Assembly (NCBI GenBank): GCA_023249395.1
Contig: JAHFCS010000001.1
Span: 1 to 62,970, forward strand
Length of the DNA: 62,970 nucleotides
Reading direction: 5' to 3'
Source of the DNA: Gemmatimonadota bacterium
GTDB lineage: Bacteria; Gemmatimonadota; Gemmatimonadetes; Gemmatimonadales; Gemmatimonadaceae
The translations under genes and the position numbers were made by a program. Shown in pieces: positions 50,446 to 58,483 of the stretch. Numbering within the stretch: the first letter of the stretch is position 1; each line of letters starts with the position of its first letter. Under the pieces are notes generated by a model. The model was not told where the DNA came from. It saw only the letters and a program-made list of their open reading frames with translations, and ran no database searches.

Positions 50446-50480
50446 CGCCGCCGTGGAATACCACGGCGGCGCTTTTTTTT
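50446..50480 (+). terminator. Intrinsic terminator
   Basis: Perfect 11-bp stem CGCCGCCGTGG-AATA-CCACGGCGGCG followed by T8. Confidence 0.9.
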
Positions 50481-50515
50481 GCATATTGACTCCGCTTCAA
50501 CAACTGGGGAATTAT

Positions 50516-51574
50516 ATGACAGGCTTGGCTTTTCTCGGCGTGGTGGCGCTGATCGCGTTGTTCGTGGCTACCAAGTCATTCAAGATCGTTGGCCAGGCCG
50601 AGGTGATGGTCATCGAGCGTCTCGGTCGGTTCCACCGAGTAGCTCGTTCCGGCTTGAACATCCTTCTACCGTTCATCGAGGTCCCTCGCTCAATTGACGT
50701 ACGGTACTTCGAGGCTGACGTCGGCGGAATAAAGCGGATTACCGCCGGACATACGACGCGCATCGACCTTCGTGAGCAAGTACTCAACTTCCCGAGTCAA
50801 CCTGTCATCACCAAGGACAACGTCACGATCGACATTGACGCCGTCATCTACTATCGAGTTGCCGACCCGCAGAAGGCCACGTACTCCGTACAGAACCTGC
50901 CCTACGCACTCGAAACGCTCACCCGGACCACCCTTCGAAACATCGTCGGTGAGATGGAGCTCGACTCCACGCTTGGCAGCCGCGATGTCATCAACAAGCG
51001 GATGCGCGAAGTCATCGAAGAGGCATCAATCGGTTGGGGAGTTGACGTAACCCGCGTTGAGCTCCAGGCAATCGAACCGCCACGAGACATCCAGCAGTCG
51101 ATGGAGTTACAAATGCGCGCCGAACGCGAGCGCCGCGCCGCCGTCACCAACGCCGAAGCGGGCAAGCGTGCTGCGATCCTCGAGGCCGAGGGTGTCCGCG
51201 AGTCACAGGTTCGTCGCGCGGAAGGTGAGAAGGACGCCGCAGTTCTTCGCGCCCAGGGACTGGCTGAAGCTCGTCTGGCGATGGCCAACGCCGAGGCGGA
51301 GGCGATTACCAAGATCGCTTCCGCGCTCCCCGAGGGACAGGCGGCCATGTACCTGCTCGGCATGAAGTATCTCGAGGCTCTGCCTACTCTGGCTCAGGGG
51401 AAGAACGCCACCATCTTCCTGCCGGCAGAAGCGGCCGGTGTGATGGGAGCGATCGGTGGACTTAGAGAGCTCGTTGCCAGAGCCGCTGCCCCCACTCTGC
51501 ACACGCAGTCCGAGGCTCCCGCGCGACTGAGTCCGCGTCCGGACACAGATAGCTCGACGAAGGACTCACGGTAG
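50516..51574 (+). CDS. SPFH/Band 7 (paraslipin/QmcA-like) protein
   Basis: N-terminal TM, VIERLGRF, ITKDNV, QMRAERERRA. Confidence 0.92.
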   Translation: MTGLAFLGVVALIALFVATKSFKIVGQAEVMVIERLGRFHRVARSGLNILLPFIEVPRSIDVRYFEADVGGIKRITAGHTTRIDLREQVLNFPSQPVITKDNVTIDIDAVIYYRVADPQKATYSVQNLPYALETLTRTTLRNIVGEMELDSTLGSRDVINKRMREVIEEASIGWGVDVTRVELQAIEPPRDIQQSMELQMRAERERRAAVTNAEAGKRAAILEAEGVRESQVRRAEGEKDAAVLRAQGLAEARLAMANAEAEAITKIASALPEGQAAMYLLGMKYLEALPTLAQGKNATIFLPAEAAGVMGAIGGLRELVARAAAPTLHTQSEAPARLSPRPDTDSSTKDSR

Positions 51575-51579
51575 GGCCG

Positions 51580-51801
51580 TTGAAGCCAATCTCGCTCCAG
51601 CGTGCAGAGCGCATTGCACGATCACATCCGTGCGAGAATTGCGGTGAGTACAGCTTCAAGAAGTTGAAGGTGAGGCCCGCGACTGAAAGCAACCGCAAGG
51701 CGCTCGGTGAAGTCTGGCATGTCACTAAGGTCTGCGGCGTTTGTGAGATGCACCACGAAATTGGTATTGATACCGAGGGTGACATCATCTACAGCGCCTG
51801 A
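51580..51801 (+). CDS. Small zinc-ribbon protein
   Basis: CENC and CGVC. TTG start 5 nt after the SPFH stop. Confidence 0.65.
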   Translation: MKPISLQRAERIARSHPCENCGEYSFKKLKVRPATESNRKALGEVWHVTKVCGVCEMHHEIGIDTEGDIIYSA

Positions 51802-51810
51802 TCCTGGCGA

Positions 51811-52545
51811 TTATATGCCCGGGGGCCAGGTCGGTTTGTGCGAGTAGTTTCCGAAAACGGCCTTCAGGACTTTGTCGGGGTCAGCGGTTCGAACCACCGC
51901 GTCGAGATGTTCCACGAGAAGGATAGGTCGTGAGAAATCACGATATCGCTTGTAGCTGTGGAAGAACCCAAGCGGTCCCTTGCGGGTGATATCTCCGAGC
52001 AGAATGTCCGGAAGAAGAAAGATCGTCGACGCGTAGAAGAAATTGAGGGTTCGCAGTGGAGGAAGGTCCGTCTCGCGAATCCCTCGCGGAAGTGACCCAT
52101 GCTTCCCCCATTGGACATTGATCCCGACCTGAGCCTTCGGCCACGGTGTATGTAGAATTGCTCCATGCCAATAGGTCCACACCTGGGTCGGTGCCGCCGT
52201 GGAGTCATAGCCCACCCAGACAATTTCCTGGTCGGTAGGCACCGTCAGAGGAATCCAGGAGCCGTTGACGTCGTCCCGCCACAACAGGTGATAGGCGATT
52301 ATCCGCCTTTCGGGGTGAACAACCGCCACTGCCCGGGCCAGTGGGAACGTTTCGTCGCGCTGAAGGTACAACACCGGTGCCAGGCTCCGCGCCAGTAAAG
52401 CGCCACTGTCAGTGGGCGCGAGAAACCCGGGCAGATCTGTAGGTCGCAATGGAATGTGGGCTTTGGGCCCGCATCCCGTCATAAGGGCCAGAAGAAGTCC
52501 GACTCCCGCCAGTGGCGGAGTGGCGAGGCTCTTCCCCTGAGACAG
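51811..52545 (-). CDS. Hypothetical lipoprotein
   Basis: LLLALMTGC lipobox, LAPVLYL, W.DD, YWHG, QWGKHGSLP. Start uncertain. Confidence 0.6.
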   Translation of the reverse strand: MSQGKSLATPPLAGVGLLLALMTGCGPKAHIPLRPTDLPGFLAPTDSGALLARSLAPVLYLQRDETFPLARAVAVVHPERRIIAYHLLWRDDVNGSWIPLTVPTDQEIVWVGYDSTAAPTQVWTYWHGAILHTPWPKAQVGINVQWGKHGSLPRGIRETDLPPLRTLNFFYASTIFLLPDILLGDITRKGPLGFFHSYKRYRDFSRPILLVEHLDAVVRTADPDKVLKAVFGNYSHKPTWPPGI

Positions 52546-52617
52546 TTTGGCGACGAAAAAACTGTTCAGCCTTAAGCTCTGGATAGTGGCACATGAGCTT
52601 GGGTCAACGGAGGGCCG

Positions 52618-52827
52618 ATGCGTAAGCCGCGTCCAAATACATACAACCCCGCGCAAGTCCTTCACCTCATCAGCAGAGACCGGTCCGGAACTCCGCTCAG
52701 CTGTCCGTCGTGTTCCGGAGCCATTGAGCGCGATCCCGGGCAGCACCCGCCACCGCCTATGTCTCACGTTACACTCCGCTGTCGCAGCTGCGGTCGTACC
52801 GCGCGTTACGTTGCCGGCGCCGCATGA
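52618..52827 (+). CDS. Small zinc-ribbon protein
   Basis: GGAGG RBS, CPSC and CRSC. Confidence 0.6.
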   Translation: MRKPRPNTYNPAQVLHLISRDRSGTPLSCPSCSGAIERDPGQHPPPPMSHVTLRCRSCGRTARYVAGAA

Positions 52828-53028
52828 GGTCAATCCGGCCCTGAGCCCCTTTATAGTAAACAATTGCACAGAACTTGCCCCGCGTATTAAGCAGTCAGAC
52901 GAGGGCGCATTCGGGCGCTCTCGGCGGCATGGGAGAAGTACATAGCAACCTCCGTGTCCGCCGCTCTTTCGCGACGATACGGAAGGGCGGGTACAGTCAG
53001 CTCTCCCGTCAGGGAAAAAGGATCGGTC

Positions 53029-53238
53029 ATGGCACGCATCACCGGAACGGTAAAGTGGTTCAACGACGCAAAGGGTTTCGGCTTCATCTCACGTGAAGGA
53101 GGCCCGGACGTCTTCGTGCACTTCAGCGCGATATCAGGCGCCGGATTCAAGTCTCTCGCCGAAGGCGATCGAGTCGAATTCGAAGTCGTTCAGGGTCAGA
53201 AAGGACCCCAGGCGGCTGACGTCACGAAAGTCGCGTAG
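53029..53238 (+). CDS. Cold-shock protein (CspA family)
   Basis: [29 protein letters not shown]. Confidence 0.96.
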   Translation: MARITGTVKWFNDAKGFGFISREGGPDVFVHFSAISGAGFKSLAEGDRVEFEVVQGQKGPQAADVTKVA

Positions 53239-53241
53239 CGC

Positions 53242-54279
53242 ATGATTCGCTCGCGAATCTACGCCGAGCGTAAGCTGGTGCCGAGCAAGGATAGGTCACG
53301 AAGAGGAATCGGCCGCGGAGGAGGTACACCGCACACTCCGGAACTTGCAAGGATCGTCAACAAGCTGAAGGAGATAGAAGAAGACACCGGGTCTGGAACG
53401 GTTGAGCTCGGCAAGGGGCATGGCCTCGCCGTCACCAACCTCGGCAAGGTCTTCTTTCCCCGAAAGAAGCTGACCAAGGGCGATCTCATGCGGTACTACG
53501 CGACAGTCGCGCCTCTCGTGCTGCCCGTAATGAATGACCGGCCCCTGGTTCTCAAGCGCTTTCCCAACGGTGTCGGAGGCGAGTCTTTCTTTCAGCAGAA
53601 CGCCGGTGAGCCGCCCGAGGGAGTCAGGGTCGAGAAAATCGAGACACAGGGGGGATCGACCAACCTCCGCATAGTCGGCGGTGATCTCCATACTCTGCTC
53701 TACACCATTCAGCTGGGTAGCATATCAGTCGATCCCTGGCACTCACGCGTTCAGTCGCTCGATTTCGCCGACTATGCAATCCTGGACCTCGATCCGGGTG
53801 CACGCGCAACGTTCAGCCGGGTGATAGAGGTTGCCCGTTGGGTCAAGGAAACTCTGGATCAGCTCGGGCTGCACGCTGCGCTCAAAACTTCCGGTTCCAC
53901 GGGATTACATATCTATCTGCCGCTTCCACCGAAAACCCCGAACGAATCAGCGACTCTTGTAGCACAGATCATCGCCACCCGTGTGGCGGAGGCTCACACT
54001 AAGGTCGCAACAATCGAGCGCTCAGTGAAGGCCAGGGGCGCTACGACCGTTTACGTCGATTACCTCCAGAATATCATCGGAAAGACTGTCGCCGGAGCAT
54101 ACTCGGCGCGGGCGAACCCGGATGCGCTCATTTCCACCCCACTCAAGTGGGACGAGCTGACCGATCGTCTGGATCCACGTGAATTTACGATTGAGACAGC
54201 GCCTATTCGCTTTGCCGCCGTTGGAGACATCTGGGCGGCGGCCCTAAAGAAGCGGAATTCGCTTAGTGCACTGAGCTAG
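53242..54279 (+). CDS. Stand-alone LigD-type primase-polymerase (NHEJ Pol domain / Prim-PolC-like)
   Basis: TNLGKVFFP, TKGDL..YY, RFPNG, FFQ, DLDP, KTSGSTGLHI, DYLQN. No ligase or PE domain. Confidence 0.88.
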   Translation: MIRSRIYAERKLVPSKDRSRRGIGRGGGTPHTPELARIVNKLKEIEEDTGSGTVELGKGHGLAVTNLGKVFFPRKKLTKGDLMRYYATVAPLVLPVMNDRPLVLKRFPNGVGGESFFQQNAGEPPEGVRVEKIETQGGSTNLRIVGGDLHTLLYTIQLGSISVDPWHSRVQSLDFADYAILDLDPGARATFSRVIEVARWVKETLDQLGLHAALKTSGSTGLHIYLPLPPKTPNESATLVAQIIATRVAEAHTKVATIERSVKARGATTVYVDYLQNIIGKTVAGAYSARANPDALISTPLKWDELTDRLDPREFTIETAPIRFAAVGDIWAAALKKRNSLSALS

Positions 54280-54584
54280 CGGCTGCCGACTTTCCGCAGC
54301 GGTAACTCGATCTGGCCCGCGTCGCCGGGAAGAATGGACTTCTCTTCGGGCGCAGTGAAGGTCGGATCACTGCTTTCGTCCACCATGTGAGTCAGCTTGT
54401 AATACAGGTGGAGTGCGTTGACGGGTGCCATGAAGCTTCGACGACCGGCGCGTGAGATGGCGACAGCCTCTTCTCGAACACGGCGAGGCAGATCCTGCGC
54501 CATCGGGTGTGCAAGAAGGCGACGGATCTCTTCGGTATTTCGCGCTAATAGTGCAGCACAGAGGCTGTCCAGATAGGCGAGCAT
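54276..54584 (-). CDS. Hypothetical protein (about 102 aa)
   Basis: MLAYLDSLCAALLARN...QIELPL, downstream of the NrtR-like gene. Confidence 0.6.
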   Translation of the reverse strand: MLAYLDSLCAALLARNTEEIRRLLAHPMAQDLPRRVREEAVAISRAGRRSFMAPVNALHLYYKLTHMVDESSDPTFTAPEEKSILPGDAGQIELPLRKVGSR

Positions 54585-54612
54585 CGATGGGCCCCGGTGA
54601 AACTGACTAAAC

Positions 54613-54635
54613 CTTAGGTACACATTGCAACTAAT
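54613..54635. promoter_or_regulatory. Candidate second NrtR-type operator, CTTAGG-N11-ACTAAT
   Basis: Same 23-nt geometry as the site at 55373-55395. Confidence 0.4.
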
Positions 54636-54688
54636 ACACCCAAAAGGCAATAGCATCCAGCCTTTCCATTGCGCGGCTCATCCTTTTT

Positions 54689-55363
54689 CTAGGAGATCAG
54701 CAGGTCCAATCTTATACCCCGCTGGGTAGGCCTTCGTTTCCTTGGGGCATATCGAAAAAGTTGTGCTGGACGTCCTCTGCCCTCACTTCGCCATTCGTCG
54801 GTCGGCTCAACAAGCCATGCGGCCTGAAGGGCTCGCCGGAAACTGGCCTTGTGCAAACGCTTGCCTAGCAGCAGCTCATACATGTGTTGGAGCTCACTGA
54901 GCGTAAAGGCCGGGGGCAGCAGTTTGAAGGCAACAGGAGATTGATCCATTCGGACGCGTAATGCAGCGATGGCTTCATCCAGGATCGCCCGCTGGCGCGG
55001 TGGGAGCATCGGTAGCTCTCCCAGCGGAAACCACGCATATGCGCCGCCGACAGGAGGAGGGGTTCCAGCGGGAATTAGTCCGATGAACCCAACCGAGATG
55101 TCGTTTTCCGATTGGTGGCGCTTCTCGCCACCAAAGGCAGCGAGCTGTTCGAGCCATCCCGGGGTGGTCCCGAGTGCCTCCGTGGCGATGCGTCCGGCTG
55201 CACTCTCGAGAGTCTCGTCGAATGTAGGATGCTCCCACGGTAATGCCCATCTTTCTCTTTCTTCAGGCGTGCGCCAGAGCAGCACCGCGAGTTGATTCCT
55301 CAAAGCGGTGAACAGAGCGAGATCGATTGTGTGGGGGGCTTTCCTGCCGCGGCGTTCAGACAT
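54689..55363 (-). CDS. nrtR: NrtR-family regulator (degenerate Nudix + wHTH)
   Basis: WALP, LEQLAAFG, FTLSELQHMYE..LG..L.KASFRR, GRPAQLFR. Confidence 0.82.
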   Translation of the reverse strand: MSERRGRKAPHTIDLALFTALRNQLAVLLWRTPEERERWALPWEHPTFDETLESAAGRIATEALGTTPGWLEQLAAFGGEKRHQSENDISVGFIGLIPAGTPPPVGGAYAWFPLGELPMLPPRQRAILDEAIAALRVRMDQSPVAFKLLPPAFTLSELQHMYELLLGKRLHKASFRRALQAAWLVEPTDEWRSEGRGRPAQLFRYAPRKRRPTQRGIRLDLLIS

Positions 55364-55372
55364 CGTACCCGA

Positions 55373-55395
55373 ATTAGTCACTGAATAGGACTAAT
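55373..55395. promoter_or_regulatory. Putative NrtR operator ATTAGTC-N9-GACTAAT, abutting a TTGACA -35
   Basis: Perfect 7-bp inverted repeat 9 nt upstream of the nrtR ATG. Minus-strand TTGACA at 55395-55400. Confidence 0.6.
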
Positions 55396-55498
55396 GTCAA
55401 GGGTAGCTTTTATTTATTAGCTACTTGATAATAAGCACCGCTGTTAACCGACTCCTAAATACGCTCAGCTGAACGCCGAGTCAACAGAATACTGGTGC

Positions 55499-57334
55499 TT
55501 ATCGTGGATTCGCTGATCGGGCGATTCCGGTGCCACGAGGAACCGTCGTCATTCCAGCGCTCAGTGGAATCGAGATCGGCAGCCTGCCCGTGATCGCCGC
55601 GAGACCCATCAGTGCGCGCGCAGCGGCAGACTGAGAGCCTTGAGATCCACCCCAGGCAACCAGATACGCAGGTACGACGGGAATTTGTTGTAGCAGATAG
55701 GGATTTCCAAACGACACCACGATCAGTTTCCGGCCGTGGCTGATCAGGTCACTGATGAAGCTGGTGAACGCCTGTGGTGCGGCGGCTGAAACGGCATCCC
55801 AGTTTTGTCCAACATATGAGCTGACAATTATTGCATCTGCCGAATCGGCGGCACGCTCCATCCGCCCATAATCAGCGGAAGGGTCCTCGGCAGCCAGAAA
55901 CTCTGTCCGCAAGCCGGCAAAGCGCGCGCGAATCTCCCCATTGAACGCTACGCCGGCTGAAAGATCTGCCCGTCGTCCCACCGTTACCGAGACAACTCGG
56001 GCAGTTGCCGGCAGGTTGAGTGGTACATAGTTCAGTGAATCCTTAACTAGGGTAATGGATTTCTCAGCGATCCGGTTAGACGTATTCACATGCCCGCTGT
56101 CGCCAACAATGAACCGCAACCTGTTCAGGTCGACGAGCTTGGACGTGCTAAGCCCCAGCGCTGCCTTCATCGTTAGAACTCGCCGAACCGACTCGTCCAG
56201 TCTGGATTCTGTGTAGCGCCCTTCCTGCACGCCTGCTACCACGGCATCGACCGCTTGCGTCACGTTCAACGGCTGAATCAGGATGTCGACGCCCGCAACC
56301 ACAGCCCTCTTCACAGCCTCTACGGCACCGTACTGATCGAGAACTCCGCGCATATCCATCGCGTCGGAGATGACGATCCCCTTGAACCGCAACTCATTGC
56401 GCAGCAACCCGGTCAGCACCTTCGAAGACAGTGTGCCTGGAACGCCGGATGAATCCAAAGCCGGCATCGCGCCATGAAACGACATTATCGCCCCAACGCC
56501 GCTGTTTACCGCTGCCTTAAATGGTATCAACTCGACACTATCAAGCCTACTTCTACTCACCGTCACGACAGGAAGCGCGAGATGCGAGTTCACGCCTGTG
56601 TCGCCATGTCCAGGAAAGTGTTTTCCGGTTGCGATCATTCCATTTGATTGCAACCCGCGAATGAAAGCCGAGCCCAGTTGGGCAACTAGCTGTGGATCCT
56701 CACCATATGATCGAGTGTTGATTACCGGATTGGCGGGGTTGTTATTTACGTCCAGAACGGGGGCATAGGCGATATGAATGCCGAGGGCCCGCCCTTCGAG
56801 AGCGGTTAGCCTGCCTTCCTCAAAGGCAAGTGCGGTATCGCCGGTGGCTCCGATCGCCATTTCAGGTGGGGAGACAACGGCACCACCAAGGTCAATTGCA
56901 TTCGGAATGAAGTAGCCCCCACGGGCTCGGAAGCCAGCGCCAGCTTCGAGATCCGCCCCAAACAGCAGCGGAATCACGCTCATCCCCTGGAGCGCGTTGA
57001 GCTTCGCGGCGATTTCTGTTGGGGATCCCACCGAGATCGTGAATCCACCCACCTTCTCTCGTCTGATATAGTCGGTTAGCCGCTGCCATTGGGGAGAATC
57101 TCCGGACGTATAATCGCCAAAGACGGACGGCCAGACGATCTGGGCCGCCTTTTCCCGAAGGGGGAGTGTCGCCAGCACCGAATCCGCCCATGCCGCCTTG
57201 TTAGCCTGAGGGATAGTTCTATTACTATCTACCCCAATTTCGGCTCCGCTTCCAGCTCGCAAGGCGGGCACGCATCCCATCGGCATGACCACGGCCACGA
57301 GAAGGGCTAAGGCAAGTCCTCTCTGTCTCGCCAT
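55499..57334 (-). CDS. GH3 beta-N-acetylhexosaminidase-like, two-domain, exported
   Basis: ADLEAG, APVLDVNNNP, KHFPGHGDTGVNSH, SDAMDM, FGNPY. Confidence 0.9.
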   Translation of the reverse strand: MARQRGLALALLVAVVMPMGCVPALRAGSGAEIGVDSNRTIPQANKAAWADSVLATLPLREKAAQIVWPSVFGDYTSGDSPQWQRLTDYIRREKVGGFTISVGSPTEIAAKLNALQGMSVIPLLFGADLEAGAGFRARGGYFIPNAIDLGGAVVSPPEMAIGATGDTALAFEEGRLTALEGRALGIHIAYAPVLDVNNNPANPVINTRSYGEDPQLVAQLGSAFIRGLQSNGMIATGKHFPGHGDTGVNSHLALPVVTVSRSRLDSVELIPFKAAVNSGVGAIMSFHGAMPALDSSGVPGTLSSKVLTGLLRNELRFKGIVISDAMDMRGVLDQYGAVEAVKRAVVAGVDILIQPLNVTQAVDAVVAGVQEGRYTESRLDESVRRVLTMKAALGLSTSKLVDLNRLRFIVGDSGHVNTSNRIAEKSITLVKDSLNYVPLNLPATARVVSVTVGRRADLSAGVAFNGEIRARFAGLRTEFLAAEDPSADYGRMERAADSADAIIVSSYVGQNWDAVSAAAPQAFTSFISDLISHGRKLIVVSFGNPYLLQQIPVVPAYLVAWGGSQGSQSAAARALMGLAAITGRLPISIPLSAGMTTVPRGTGIARSANPR

Positions 57335-57339
57335 CGCAA

Positions 57340-57618
57340 TTAGTGCGAGATCGTCCCCTGCTTGCTTGTGTCGATGCCGGCGCTGTCGCCTGTCTTGAAC
57401 AGGAACGCTGACATGTTCCTCGTGAGGAAGGTCCGGGCCTGGGGATCCATTACGTCCAGGCCATAGTGATTGATCAGCATCGTCTGCTGTTTCCCCCAGT
57501 CCGCCCAGCATTGCCGGCAGATCTCTGCCAGGACACGCGCGCCGATCTGGCCTGGAAAGGGAGCCTTATCAAATCCCTCACGCGTCTGTCCGCAGCGCGT
57601 GCAGGTTATCGTTGGCAC
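57340..57618 (-). CDS. yggX: Fe(II)-trafficking / oxidative damage protection protein (YggX-like)
   Basis: ITCTRC, PFPG..G, CW..W..QQTMLINHYGL. Confidence 0.8.
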   Translation of the reverse strand: MPTITCTRCGQTREGFDKAPFPGQIGARVLAEICRQCWADWGKQQTMLINHYGLDVMDPQARTFLTRNMSAFLFKTGDSAGIDTSKQGTISH

Positions 57619-57623
57619 CGAAG

Positions 57624-58382
57624 CTACGAGCCTGCATACTCGATCTTCGCCAGTCCGAAGAACGAGAGTAGCCGAAGATAAACCCAGCCTACATCGAACT
57701 CATACCACTTGGCTTTGAACTTGGCAGAGTGTGGATCATGGTGGTGGTTGTTGTGCAGCTCTTCCCCGCCCAGCCAGATCGCGATCGGAGAGATGTTCCG
57801 GCTCGCATCCTTGACGTTGAAGTTGCGATACCCGACTGCATGCCCTACTCCGTTGATGATCCCCGCCGCCCAGAAAGGAATCCATATCATCTGGATGCCC
57901 CACACGAGGGGACCGACGAAGAACCCGAACAAATAGACATCGGCGAGCAGCATGACCAGAATGCCGACCCAATTGAGCCGTGAAAGCACATGGCGCTCGA
58001 GCCAGTCGTTAGGAGTACCCTTGCCGTACTTCTCGAGCACGCCGGGCTGTCGTACCGCCTTCCGATAGTAGAACGCACCCTTCAGCACGATGTTGCGCAG
58101 CCCTTCCATCAGAGGGCTGTGTGGATCACCCTCGCGATCGGCAAATGCGTGGTGCTTCCTGTGACAGGCTACCCACTCCTTTGTAACTATGGCCGTGGAA
58201 AGCCAGAGCCAGAGGCGCATTGGCAGCGCTGCCAGATAGTGGAGTTTTACGCTTCGATGAGTTTGGGCACGGTGAAGAAACAGCGTCACACAGACATTCG
58301 TGATGTGCCCAGCTATGACTACGAAAAGGATCGGCTTCCACCAGTCGGCCGCCCAGCTTCCAAAATCCGGCATTGTTATCAA
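57624..58382 (-). CDS. Fatty acid (acyl-lipid) desaturase
   Basis: His boxes HRAQTH, HRKHH, HNNHH. Confidence 0.92.
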   Translation of the reverse strand: MITMPDFGSWAADWWKPILFVVIAGHITNVCVTLFLHRAQTHRSVKLHYLAALPMRLWLWLSTAIVTKEWVACHRKHHAFADREGDPHSPLMEGLRNIVLKGAFYYRKAVRQPGVLEKYGKGTPNDWLERHVLSRLNWVGILVMLLADVYLFGFFVGPLVWGIQMIWIPFWAAGIINGVGHAVGYRNFNVKDASRNISPIAIWLGGEELHNNHHHDPHSAKFKAKWYEFDVGWVYLRLLSFFGLAKIEYAGS

Positions 58383-58483
58383 TTCTCCGATGTTCGTGCC
58401 ACTTGCTTACAGGGTCGCAATCTACCGGATCACTCGGGCCCCTGCCAACAGAATAACTGTGAGGCTTTTCCGGATTTTGCCTC

